Shown here one piece after another: positions 1-8,670 of a DNA stretch of 64,000 nucleotides. A program made the position numbers and the translations under genes. Each line of letters starts with the position of its first letter. The first letter of the stretch is position 1. A model generated the notes under the pieces. It worked only from the letters and a program-made list of their open reading frames with translations. It had not been told where the DNA came from and did no database searches. The DNA is from an uncultured delta proteobacterium. Lineage in GTDB: Bacteria > Desulfobacterota > Binatia > UBA9968. The DNA lies in contig CAWFJP010000001.1 in the NCBI GenBank assembly GCA_963816145.1, forward strand, positions 367,358 to 431,357, in the 5' to 3' direction.

Positions 1-837
1 CTGCATCAGCGTCAAAAAGTTGGGTTCGCCGGCGTAGGGATCGAGGATCCGATAATCGATCGGCGCGCCTTGCTGCTTGTACTCAGACACGCGCCTAGCG
101 CGCGCCGCGATGGCGATGGCCGATTCGCCGGCGAGCATGAGCTGCACGCGCATCACGCTGCTCGATCCTGGCATGGCGAGATCCTGCTTGGCGAGCGCCT
201 GCATGAACTCAGTGCCTTTCGCTTTGCCCATGGATTCCAGCATGATGTTAAACCAGGTGTACTCTTCGGTGCCGAGGCTCATCCGGCCTTTCCACTTGGG
301 ATTGAGCAGGTCGGCATTGGTGCGCGGCGCATCGGCGGCCGAAACCTGCTTGGTATTGAACGCCAACGCCATCGGCGTGACATCGAACGCCTGCCAGTAA
401 CCCTCGGCATCGAACGAACCCGACTGCAAGGCGCGCCGCTCAGGCGACAGGTAGGGAGCCGACAACTTGCGCTGCTTCAACTGCCACATCTCCACCGGCG
501 CCGACCCGATCACGTCGGCGGCGAATCTGCCGGCGCGCGCCTCGGTGTCGACGCGGGTGAATACGCCGGATGGCAGGGCTCGGTAGGTGTTGGTCTTGAT
601 GAACGGATAGCTCTTCTCGAAATGCGGCAGGATCTTCGGATAATCGGTCAAGCTGAGCGATGTATAGAAAACGATCTCGGCTTCTTTTTTGGCCCCCTCT
701 TCGAGAAATGTCTTGCGCTCGGCGCCGGTAAGCGCCGAGGCCTTTTTGACCACTTCCTCGACGGTGGCGGCCGACCCGCTGCGCCAAGGCGACAGCAATA
801 GCCACACAACGACGAGAAAACGAATAATATTCGGCAT
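1..837 (-). CDS. ABC transporter extracellular solute-binding protein (Fe3+/polyamine-type), 3' end outside window
   Basis: Not in the ORF track because there is no stop in the window. Read manually from ATG at 837: MPNIIRFLVVVWLLLSPW...; signal-peptide-like N-terminus, then EEGAKKEAEIVFYTSL and ...APIDYRILDPYAGEPNFLTLMQ, resembling the SBP at 39408-40481. Confidence 0.8.
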   Translation of the reverse strand, partial: MPNIIRFLVVVWLLLSPWRSGSAATVEEVVKKASALTGAERKTFLEEGAKKEAEIVFYTSLSLTDYPKILPHFEKSYPFIKTNTYRALPSGVFTRVDTEARAGRFAADVIGSAPVEMWQLKQRKLSAPYLSPERRALQSGSFDAEGYWQAFDVTPMALAFNTKQVSAADAPRTNADLLNPKWKGRMSLGTEEYTWFNIMLESMGKAKGTEFMQALAKQDLAMPGSSSVMRVQLMLAGESAIAIAARARRVSEYKQQGAPIDYRILDPYAGEPNFLTLMQ

Positions 838-852
838 AGTCGTTGGGCGCGC

Positions 853-1230
853 TTACAAGTCGTTGCGCCGCACCGGGCCCCATCCGGTGGTGGAAATATC
901 GATCAGGTTGCCGTCGGGATCGCTCGCCCGCCCTTCGGCGTAGGTGGCGATGCGGTCCTTCGGCGCGCCCTCAGGATACACTTCCATGATTCGCTTGGTG
1001 GTTTCCTGGGCGTCGTCGATGTGGAAGCCGAAATGATACAGCCCCGCCGGGTGTCCGGGCTCTTTGGGGTCGTTGGCATTCAAGACCGCGAGATTGACCT
1101 CGCCGTCGGACAAATGCACCGAACCGTTTTTCGTTCGATATAATTCCTTCATGTCGAATACCCGCTTGTAATAGTCCGCGAGCTTTTCCGGCTGGTGCGT
1201 AAGCAGTGCCAAGTGTCGAAGCTTTGCCAT
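853..1230 (-). CDS. VOC (glyoxalase/bleomycin resistance) family protein
   Basis: MAKLRHLAL...LYHFGFHIDD...DPDGNLIDI motifs; GGAGGG RBS upstream of ATG 1230. Confidence 0.85.
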   Translation of the reverse strand: MAKLRHLALLTHQPEKLADYYKRVFDMKELYRTKNGSVHLSDGEVNLAVLNANDPKEPGHPAGLYHFGFHIDDAQETTKRIMEVYPEGAPKDRIATYAEGRASDPDGNLIDISTTGWGPVRRNDL

Positions 1231-1326
1231 GGTCCTGTTCCCTCCAAATCCCGAGTTATTTGAGCCAGCGCTATCACCGCCCAGCAATCCTGTCAACGAG
1301 CGAAGTCGCATCGATCTCGACTTCCG

Positions 1327-1367
1327 TAACGATTGGAACGAGTTGAACAGTTGGAACGATTGGAACT
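1327..1367. repeat. 9-bp-period (T)TGGAACnnn tandem repeat, family A
   Basis: gattggaacgagttgaacagttggaacgattggaac; the same family recurs at about 10 intergenic loci. Confidence 0.85.
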
Positions 1368-1387
1368 CATTTAGCGCGCCATGCGCG

Positions 1388-2335
1388 CTAAATGACCATA
1401 GTCGTCCCAACACTATTGGGCGTGAATGCATCGGGGAACTCGCGCGCGATGAGATGCGTCGCCTTCCAGCCTGTACAGTGCTGCGGCACAATGACGCTGG
1501 GATTGAATTCTTTGAGCGCCTGCACCGTCGGCTGGACGATTGGCTCGAAGACCGGCCCGGTAAGATGAAACCCGCCGATGACTGCGTGGATCTGCTTGAC
1601 CCCGGTCATGTCGCGCGCGCATTTTAGCGTGTTCACCACGCCGGCGTGACCGCAGCCGGTGAGCACGACGAGTCCTTTGTCTTTCACGTTGATGACGATC
1701 GCCTGATCGTCATGGATCCACGGGTCAGGCTGCCAACGGCCATCGATCAACGCGACTTGAGTGGGACTGCCCTTCTCAAACGGCGTCGTCCGCGGAATCT
1801 GGCCGGTTACCAAAGCGTTGCCGCCGATCAGCATCGTCGGCCCGCGCTCTTCGATGATCTGCACATCTTCGCCTTCGAGATCCTTCTTGCTCGGCGGGAT
1901 ATGCTCCGACTCGTGGCCGTCGCCCTGAATGTTTTTACGTTGCAGGTAAGCGTCGGGATGGAGCACGATGGGCACTCGCGGCCGGCCATAACGTTTGATG
2001 AATCCCATCAGGCCGCGCGTGTGATCGGTGTGGCCATGGCTCAAGACCACGGCATGAAGCTCGTTGCCCTTGATGTCGAGCACATCCATATTGTGCAGCA
2101 CACCATCGACGGTCACACCGGTGTCGAACAGAAACGAGTCCTTGTTACCGCCGGCATAGGTGGTCACCAGCATCGACACGCCGTGCTCGGCGCGCAGCTG
2201 CGGTCCCTTGTGCCCGTCACTCTTGCGCCGGTGGCGCTTGGCCACCGGCGTGTTGCCCATGAGCACGTCGATGGTATTGTCCATGATGCTGAGGATCTCC
2301 ACGCGGTCGACTTCTTTCAGGGGTACCGGTGCCAT
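1388..2335 (-). CDS. MBL-fold metallo-hydrolase (AEHG / SHGHxDH subfamily)
   Basis: AEHGVS, LFDTG, SHGHTDH, GCGHAG, GGFHL and HCTG motifs. Confidence 0.85.
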   Translation of the reverse strand: MAPVPLKEVDRVEILSIMDNTIDVLMGNTPVAKRHRRKSDGHKGPQLRAEHGVSMLVTTYAGGNKDSFLFDTGVTVDGVLHNMDVLDIKGNELHAVVLSHGHTDHTRGLMGFIKRYGRPRVPIVLHPDAYLQRKNIQGDGHESEHIPPSKKDLEGEDVQIIEERGPTMLIGGNALVTGQIPRTTPFEKGSPTQVALIDGRWQPDPWIHDDQAIVINVKDKGLVVLTGCGHAGVVNTLKCARDMTGVKQIHAVIGGFHLTGPVFEPIVQPTVQALKEFNPSVIVPQHCTGWKATHLIAREFPDAFTPNSVGTTMVI

Positions 2336-2343
2336 AACGCCTC

Positions 2344-3174
2344 CTATTTTACTTCGAAAAGAAACGGTTTCTGCAATATCCAGTTGACGATCTGCTCAAC
2401 AGTTTCGGATTCCCTGCCCCAAAAGCCATGTTGGCTGCGCGCTTCGCAGGTTGTCGATTCCGGCGGCAAACCGCCCCACACGGTAATCAGCGGATACTTT
2501 TCAGATAGGTGCGCGGCATCGCCGTAGGGCGTGTAACGGCATTGATCGCTGACATGATGCGCAAACAAAATCGGCACCGCAATCGTCGTGAAGTCGAAGC
2601 GGCTAAGTGCAGGGCCGGGCTCGTTACTATTTCGCCCCACCTCTCTAAACATAGTCGCGGTGAGAACTATGCCGGCGACTTTTGTACCGAAACGAGCGCC
2701 CAGCGCCGCCGCCGATATCGTGCCGCGGCTGGTGCCGATCAAAAACACCGACAAGCCGGGAAAACGCTTGTTGAGATCGGCGACTACCGCGGAAATATCG
2801 GTGAAGTGATCGCCGCCCAGGCGAAACTCATCAGTCATGCCCCAACCACGTTGCTGATCCGAAGGCGCATCAAGAATCGCTGCAATGACGCCGCGCCTGA
2901 CGAACTCGGCACGGCTACGAACCAAAAAATTGCCACCGGCAAACTTCGGCTGTCCGCCCTCGCTGCGCAGCTGAATCAATCCACCGGAACCAGGAAACAA
3001 AATAGCAATCGCTTGCAGCTGCTTCGGCGCACTGGTGAGGAAATAGGACTGCGTTACGTTAGCGCGAGTCGTGAGCGCGACGATCTCCTGGGCGGCCGCC
3101 AACCCTGTCAGCATCAACAGTGCCGTCACCACGATCAGAGTGCCGATGGCTCGGCGGCGCCAAAGCCTAGACAT
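2344..3174 (-). CDS. Exported alpha/beta hydrolase
   Basis: Signal peptide; LFPGSGG; nucleophile elbow GTSRG; C-terminal HGF. Confidence 0.75.
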   Translation of the reverse strand: MSRLWRRRAIGTLIVVTALLMLTGLAAAQEIVALTTRANVTQSYFLTSAPKQLQAIAILFPGSGGLIQLRSEGGQPKFAGGNFLVRSRAEFVRRGVIAAILDAPSDQQRGWGMTDEFRLGGDHFTDISAVVADLNKRFPGLSVFLIGTSRGTISAAALGARFGTKVAGIVLTATMFREVGRNSNEPGPALSRFDFTTIAVPILFAHHVSDQCRYTPYGDAAHLSEKYPLITVWGGLPPESTTCEARSQHGFWGRESETVEQIVNWILQKPFLFEVK

Positions 3175-3197
3175 ACGTCATCACATACTTCGTCTGC

Positions 3198-4106
3198 TTA
3201 ATTCTTCACCGACCTGTAGGCCGCATCGATGTAGAGGCCCAAAAGGTTCTGGCCATTCCAGTCCGCATACTCGGGCATTTTAAGTTCGGTCTTGATCTCT
3301 GCGAGAGACTTGCCCTGCGCCGCCATCTCCCCCACCCGTATAAGCAGCAAGTTGTAGAAACCTTCGTACTCGTCGAAGGTTTTCGTCGTGGTCACCGGAC
3401 CATGTCCAGTAATAACAACCTCCGGGTTAAGAGCTTTCATTAGCTTATAGCTGGCCAGCACGTCGGCGATCACAACCGACGGCCGAAGATTTTGCAAGCC
3501 TTTTACGACAGACGCCGCCGCCGCGAACAGCACTCGCTCTTTTGGCATCCATATGGCAGTGTCAGCGAAACTGTGAACGTTTTTCAGATAAATCAATTCA
3601 AAAGTACGCTCGCCAAGATTGATCGTCATCCGGTCCTTGTACTCGACATGCGGCGCGATCATTCTTTCACCCTTCACCGCCTCGCGCATTTCGGGGGATT
3701 GCGCGGCAAGAGTTTCGGCTCGCTTGGGATTGTACTCCCTCTTCATCCCCGCCGCCGCTCCTTCGGCGCTAATAATGATTGCTGGCGGCGAGAAAATGAA
3801 GTGATTACCGGTGTGATCGTTATGGGTCTCGGTGTCGATGAGAAACACGATCGGTTTATCGGTGACTTTCTTGATCGCCGCCAACATGTTGCGCGACTGC
3901 AACGGGTTATTGCAACTATCGATCACCACCACACCTTCCTGCGTCACGACGAAACTGCAAGTCGTCGTGGTCTGGTCCGGTGCGAAGGTATAAATGCCAT
4001 CCTTGATCTTGTGAAACCCCGGGCCGAGATCTTGCGCGCCCAATGCGCCTACCCATAAGAACGCCGCCAACGCGGCCAAGCTAAGCATACCGGTTTTCAA
4101 TTTCAC
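3198..4106 (-). CDS. Exported MBL-fold protein with atypical metal motif
   Basis: Signal peptide; VVVIDS, TETHNDH, VHS and TGHG motifs. Confidence 0.8.
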   Translation of the reverse strand: MKLKTGMLSLAALAAFLWVGALGAQDLGPGFHKIKDGIYTFAPDQTTTTCSFVVTQEGVVVIDSCNNPLQSRNMLAAIKKVTDKPIVFLIDTETHNDHTGNHFIFSPPAIIISAEGAAAGMKREYNPKRAETLAAQSPEMREAVKGERMIAPHVEYKDRMTINLGERTFELIYLKNVHSFADTAIWMPKERVLFAAAASVVKGLQNLRPSVVIADVLASYKLMKALNPEVVITGHGPVTTTKTFDEYEGFYNLLLIRVGEMAAQGKSLAEIKTELKMPEYADWNGQNLLGLYIDAAYRSVKN

Positions 4107-4281
4107 GGACTTCTCCTCTATAGGGCAGAAAACACTTCCGATCCGGGCTCAAGCTTACCGAAATGACTCGGAGAGCGTCAAGTAACTATCTTCCGAATGT
4201 TTTACATTGACCATTGAGCCCGCGTTGTACTAGAGAAGGCCAAAGCCAGACGGCATTTGTAACACAGTGATCGGAGGGGAT

Positions 4282-5307
4282 ATGAAACCATCGTTCCTAG
4301 CTGTCATCGTCCTTCTCAACATCACGGCGGTGCAAGCCCAGACGCCGTTTTTCCAAGGCAAGACAATCCGCATCGTCACCGGCTACCCCGCCGGCGATGT
4401 CAACGACCTCTGGCCCCGGCTCATCGCCCGCCACATGGGCAAGTATATGCCCGGCAATCCCAGCTTCATCGTGCAGAACATGCCCGGCGCCAGCTCGATG
4501 ATCGCGGCTAATTACGTCTACGGTGTCGCCAAGCCCGATGGTCTGACACTCGGCTGGATCGGACCGACGCTCTATTTCGACCAAATGGTCGGCCGCAAAG
4601 AAGTTAAATATGACTGGGCCAAATACAACTTCATCGGCTCGCCCTCACCGAGCGAACACCATCTCTACATGCGTAGCGACAGTCCGTACAAAACCATCGA
4701 AGACGTGCGCAAGGCAAGCGAACCGCCAAAGTGCGGTTCGGGGGGCGCCGCCGGCACCGGCTATTTTTTTCCCAAACTGCTCGAAGACACTGTCGGCGCA
4801 AAATTCAATATCGTGTTGGGCTACCAGGGTGGCGGCCCCATCGACCTCGCCGTGGAAAAAGGCGAAATCCACTGCCGCGCCATGACCATCGAATCGTTCA
4901 TGGCTCGTGAACCGTTCCACACTTGGCGCAAAAACAATTTCGTCCGCAGCCTAGCGCAATCCGGCCGCAAGCGAGACGCGCGCCTGACCGACACTCCAAC
5001 CATCTATGAACTCATGGACCAGTATAAGGCTTCCGAACAATCACGCCGAGTCGCCACCGTCATCCTCGCCGGCGGGGTCTTCGGCCGTCCACTGGTCGGC
5101 CCCGCCGGCATCTCGCCGGATGTAGTAAATACCCTGCGCGCCGGCATGGCCAGCGCCCTCAAAGACCCCGAGCTCAAAGTCGAAGCGGAAAAACGCAACT
5201 ACGAGCTCGACCCCGTTGGCGGCGATGAAATGCAACGCCTTGCTAAAGAAGTGATGAGTCAGCCGCCGGCGGTGTTGGAGCGGATGAAAAAGGTGTTAGG
5301 GGAATAA
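4282..5307 (+). CDS. Tripartite tricarboxylate transporter substrate-binding protein (Bug/TctC family)
   Basis: FFQGKTIRIVTG, VQNMPGA, KPDGLTL and GYQGG motifs; GGAGGGG RBS before ATG 4282. Confidence 0.88.
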   Translation: MKPSFLAVIVLLNITAVQAQTPFFQGKTIRIVTGYPAGDVNDLWPRLIARHMGKYMPGNPSFIVQNMPGASSMIAANYVYGVAKPDGLTLGWIGPTLYFDQMVGRKEVKYDWAKYNFIGSPSPSEHHLYMRSDSPYKTIEDVRKASEPPKCGSGGAAGTGYFFPKLLEDTVGAKFNIVLGYQGGGPIDLAVEKGEIHCRAMTIESFMAREPFHTWRKNNFVRSLAQSGRKRDARLTDTPTIYELMDQYKASEQSRRVATVILAGGVFGRPLVGPAGISPDVVNTLRAGMASALKDPELKVEAEKRNYELDPVGGDEMQRLAKEVMSQPPAVLERMKKVLGE

Positions 5308-5328
5308 TTCCGGGCCTTTCACCACGTA

Positions 5329-5460
5329 CAGACTGTGTCGCAACTGTCATTTCGAGGTGAAGCCGAGAAATCTTGTCTTCCTATGTAGCTGAAAACACGA
5401 GATCCCTCGCTGCGCTCGGGATGACAGATGTGGGGTATTTGCGCATTACGACACAGTCTC
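5329..5460. mobile_element. 132-bp MITE copy 1 (TIR SAGACTGTGTCG, 3-bp TSD GTA)
   Basis: CAGACTGTGTCG...CGACACAGTCTC flanked by GTA at 5326-5328 and 5461-5463; it interrupts a family-B CACGAAG palindrome (5319-5532). Confidence 0.85.
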
Positions 5461-5545
5461 GTAGGCACGAAGGACACGAAGGTTTCGGAAGAAAATAACT
5501 CCAGACTTCGTGATCTTCGTGCCTTCGCGGTTATTCCGATCTTGG

Positions 5546-6335
5546 TCATCTACTGACGAACCCATGTTTTCTGAGGAACGCGAGCACATGCTCGTCAAAC
5601 GTCGCCGGATCCTCTAAACAGCACGCATGTCCCGCGCCCGGGATGGTTCGGTGTTCCGCGCCGGCGATGCGCGTGCTCATGTCTTTGCTGCGTTTAAGCG
5701 AATTGTCGAACTCGCCGTTCATTATCAGCACCGGCATTTTCAGCTCGGGTAAGCGCGCGGTCAGGTCGCGGTTCTGCAGGGCATTGAAAATCTCCACGAT
5801 GGCCGGCGCGCTGAGCCGCGAATCCATCTCGGTGTGCATGCTCAGTAGATAACTCCCCAATTTTGTCTGGGGAAATTCCTTGCTGACCAGGTCGGTGAGG
5901 TGTTGAATGTGAAACTTACCGACGCCTTGGTTCATGTATCCGTCGATGCGGCTCTGGTATCGGTCCCCCGGCATGCTGCTGCAGCCGACGAGAATCAAAG
6001 CTTTGAACAGCTCTGGGTGATCCAGGCCCAGCTGCAGGCCCATGACGCCGCCGACGCTGACCCCGGCGAAGACCGCCTCGTTCGCTCCTTCTTGTCGGCA
6101 CACGGCGACCACGTCTTCACAGAGATCAGTCATCGTGACCGGTGTCGCCGGCTTGTCGGAGTAACCATAGGCGCGCAGATCAACGTTGATGACTTTCATG
6201 AAGGTTGAGAAGTGTGCGACTTGATAGAGAAACATGCGCCGGTCGAACGGGTTGGCGTGCGTCAACACCAGCGGATATCCTTCGCCGGAAACTTCGTAGT
6301 AAGTTTTAACGCCGTTTCTAGCTGCTGTAGGGCAT
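5546..6335 (-). CDS. Alpha/beta hydrolase (frameshift near the 5' end, probably an artefact)
   Basis: Removing one base near 6326 gives MPYAARNGVKTYYEVSGEGYPLVLTHA...; DLRAYGYS, GVSVGG and GAGH motifs. Confidence 0.75.
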
Positions 6336-6414
6336 ATGGGACCCCGATAATAGCCGTCGTCTTATGAATGAATGAGATTCTTTTTGGAGTAATAACTCTT
6401 TGCTGCGTGCTGCT

Positions 6415-6461
6415 CCCCATCTTACTTCCTCCCCATCGACGGGGGAGGACAGAGGTGGGGG
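6415..6461. repeat. Family C GC-rich hairpin repeat (CCTCCCCC...GGGGGAGG..AGGTGGGGG)
   Basis: ccccatcttacttcctccccatcgacgggggaggacagaggtggggg; homologs near 10388, 10490, 12770, 26980, 27080, 35570, 43913, 45505, 46736 and 59983. Confidence 0.85.
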
Positions 6462-6516
6462 TGCCCGTCAATTTCAATGACGTGCGCAGCACTCCCATCC
6501 TTACCTTTCCCCGTCG

Positions 6517-6648
6517 GAGGTTGTGTCGTAATGCGCAAACGCCCCACATCTGTCATCCCGAGCGCAGCGAGGGATCTCGTGTTTTCAGCCACATACGAAG
6601 AAGAGATTTCTCGGCTTCACCTCGAAATGACAGTTGCGACACAGTCTG
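6517..6648. mobile_element. 132-bp MITE copy 2, inverted relative to copy 1 (3-bp TSD TCG)
   Basis: GAGGTTGTGTCG...CGACACAGTCTG flanked by TCG at 6514-6516 and 6649-6651; inserted in the loop of a family-C hairpin. Confidence 0.85.
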
Positions 6649-6722
6649 TCGAGGGAGAAGGAATTGTAAAGAAAAATCTGCCGGTAGAAATTTCGGACGA
6701 AACCTCCACGCATCCGCTCATG

Positions 6723-7550
6723 CTAATCGTTCGCGTGAGCCGCAAACGTCGCCGAGTCTTCGTTGGTGATTTGCAGGCGGAAGCCGCTGGGCTCACGGAA
6801 GTAAGTCCCCAGTTGCCCCGGCTTTCTGCCAGCGCGCTCGCCGTGCTCGTCGCGCTCCTCGATGCCGGCGGTATGGAGCTTGTCGACGATGGCGTGGAAG
6901 TCGTCGTCCTTCACGTAAAAAGCGAAGTGCCGGCCGCGCCAGGTCGCCTTGGTGACATCGCTGAGCACATCGACCTTGTTTAGAATTACGCTTTGCCCCG
7001 ACGGCACGACGATTTCGGCCATGGCGTTGTTCTGCGTCCGCGCGGTGCAATTCATGAAGCGCTTGTAGAACGCCACGCTGGCGCCGATATCGGTGCTGTC
7101 AAAGTGCAGATGGTGCAGGCGGGTCTTGGCTATGCCCGGCGTCTTGGTGATTTCAAAAAAATTGCCTTCCGAATCTTGGAACACCAAGCCATCGCTCCAG
7201 CAGCAGCCCGCGCCGGCTTCGCTCTTGAGTTCCCTGACGAATGGACTGGTCTGGCGAATCCGCTGGACCATGCCATCGTATTCGGCGTCCGGCACTTGAA
7301 ACGAATGACGCGGATACGAGTTGACGCTCTCGCGTTTCGGCAGCTGGTTCGAGCCCTGAGAAAATAGCCCGATATGATTTTCGCCGAGTTTCATGAATAT
7401 CCGAGTCATCCTCGGCTCGTTTTCCGATTTCAACGTCCGCGCTCCCATGACCTCGGTAAAAAACTTCTCGGCCCGCTCGGGCTCCATCACCGCGACCACG
7501 AAATGATCGATATGACGCACATCGCCATTGGCTTTAACATTGTCGCTCAT
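6723..7550 (-). CDS. Two-domain VOC family protein
   Basis: HIDHFV, RHSF, DSEGNFFE, LHHLHF, RHFAF and EPSGFRLQ motifs form duplicated glyoxalase modules. Confidence 0.85.
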   Translation of the reverse strand: MSDNVKANGDVRHIDHFVVAVMEPERAEKFFTEVMGARTLKSENEPRMTRIFMKLGENHIGLFSQGSNQLPKRESVNSYPRHSFQVPDAEYDGMVQRIRQTSPFVRELKSEAGAGCCWSDGLVFQDSEGNFFEITKTPGIAKTRLHHLHFDSTDIGASVAFYKRFMNCTARTQNNAMAEIVVPSGQSVILNKVDVLSDVTKATWRGRHFAFYVKDDDFHAIVDKLHTAGIEERDEHGERAGRKPGQLGTYFREPSGFRLQITNEDSATFAAHAND

Positions 7551-7572
7551 AACTTTGTCTCCTTTTTCAAGC

Positions 7573-8670
7573 TCATTTCGGTTGTAAAGACTGCTTGGAT
7601 TCTGCTTCGGGAAACACGACGATACGGTCCTTCGGCAAATAAGCCGTCACACCGCCTGCCGTCTTGGCCTCATCGGGTAAACTCTTGACGTTAAGAATTC
7701 GCTCGCCGATCTTGACTTCGCGCATGACATGATCGCCAAGAAAAAACGACGCGACAACATTGCCCGCTCGGCAGTTTTCCGCTTCAGCCGGCGCCGTGCC
7801 TAATTTGACATCTTCCGGGCGAATGCCGACGACCACGTTCCCTTCATACTGCCGCGCCGCGGCGATGACAAGCGGACCGATTTCGGTGTCGACTCGTCCG
7901 TTGGCAAGCACTTTGCCATGCAACCAGTTGATCGAACCGAAAAACTCGGCGATCTGCGAATTCGCCGGCGACCGGTAAAGCTCGAAGGGATTGCCAATTT
8001 GTAGAATCTCGCCATGGGCCATGACCGCGATGCGATCGGCCAGCACCATCGCTTCGACTTGATCGTGAGTCACATAGAGCGCAGTGATGCCCAACCGACT
8101 GGCGAGCTTTTTGATATTGGTGCGCACCTCTTCGCGCAAGCGCGCATCCAAATTGCTGAGCGGCTCATCCATCAGGAGCAGCGCTGGGTTAACCGCCAAA
8201 GCGCGCGCCAGCGCGACCCTTTGCTGCTGCCCGCCGCTCAACAAGCGCGCCGGCCGATTCTCGAAGTCGTCCAATTGCACCAAGCTGAGCGCGTGGCGAA
8301 TCCGCGCCTGCGCTTTGCTCTTGCTCAGCCGCGAGCGACCATGGGTCAGCACCAAGCCGATATTCTCCGCCACGGTCAGATGCGGCCAAATGGCGTAGGA
8401 TTGAAAGACCATGCCGATCTCGCGTGCTTCGGGCGGCTCGGAGACGCGCCGGCTGCTGGAGAAAACGGTCTTGCCGTTGAGCGAGATCTCGCCGCCGTCG
8501 GGCTTTTCCAGACCGGCGACGCTGCGCAGAAGCGTCGTCTTGCCCGAGCCGCTCGGCCCGAGCAGCACGAAGAACTCGCCGCGGGCGACTTCGAGGTCGA
8601 TACCCTGAAGCGCCGCCACTGCGTGATCGCCGGATTGAAAATTCTTGCGCAAACCGGTGATCGAGATCAC
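7573..8670 (-). CDS. ABC transporter ATP-binding protein (FbpC/PotA-like)
   Basis: GPSGSGKT, LSGGQQQR, LLMDEP and VTHDQ motifs; GTG start at 8670 overlaps the permease stop. Confidence 0.93.
   Translation of the reverse strand: MISITGLRKNFQSGDHAVAALQGIDLEVARGEFFVLLGPSGSGKTTLLRSVAGLEKPDGGEISLNGKTVFSSSRRVSEPPEAREIGMVFQSYAIWPHLTVAENIGLVLTHGRSRLSKSKAQARIRHALSLVQLDDFENRPARLLSGGQQQRVALARALAVNPALLLMDEPLSNLDARLREEVRTNIKKLASRLGITALYVTHDQVEAMVLADRIAVMAHGEILQIGNPFELYRSPANSQIAEFFGSINWLHGKVLANGRVDTEIGPLVIAAARQYEGNVVVGIRPEDVKLGTAPAEAENCRAGNVVASFFLGDHVMREVKIGERILNVKSLPDEAKTAGGVTAYLPKDRIVVFPEAESKQSLQPK

Noticed and set aside
70-801. Long antisense or alternate-frame ORFs (70-801, 1646-2527, 9034-10389, 11444-12625, 58520-59935, 61457-62422)
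   Set aside because: Shadow ORFs of real genes in GC-rich DNA, with no recognisable motifs.
1327-1367. 9-bp periodic arrays as CRISPR or coding repeats
   Set aside because: There are no 25-45 bp repeats with unique spacers and no cas genes. ORFs such as NDWNELNSWNDWN are by-products of the repeats.
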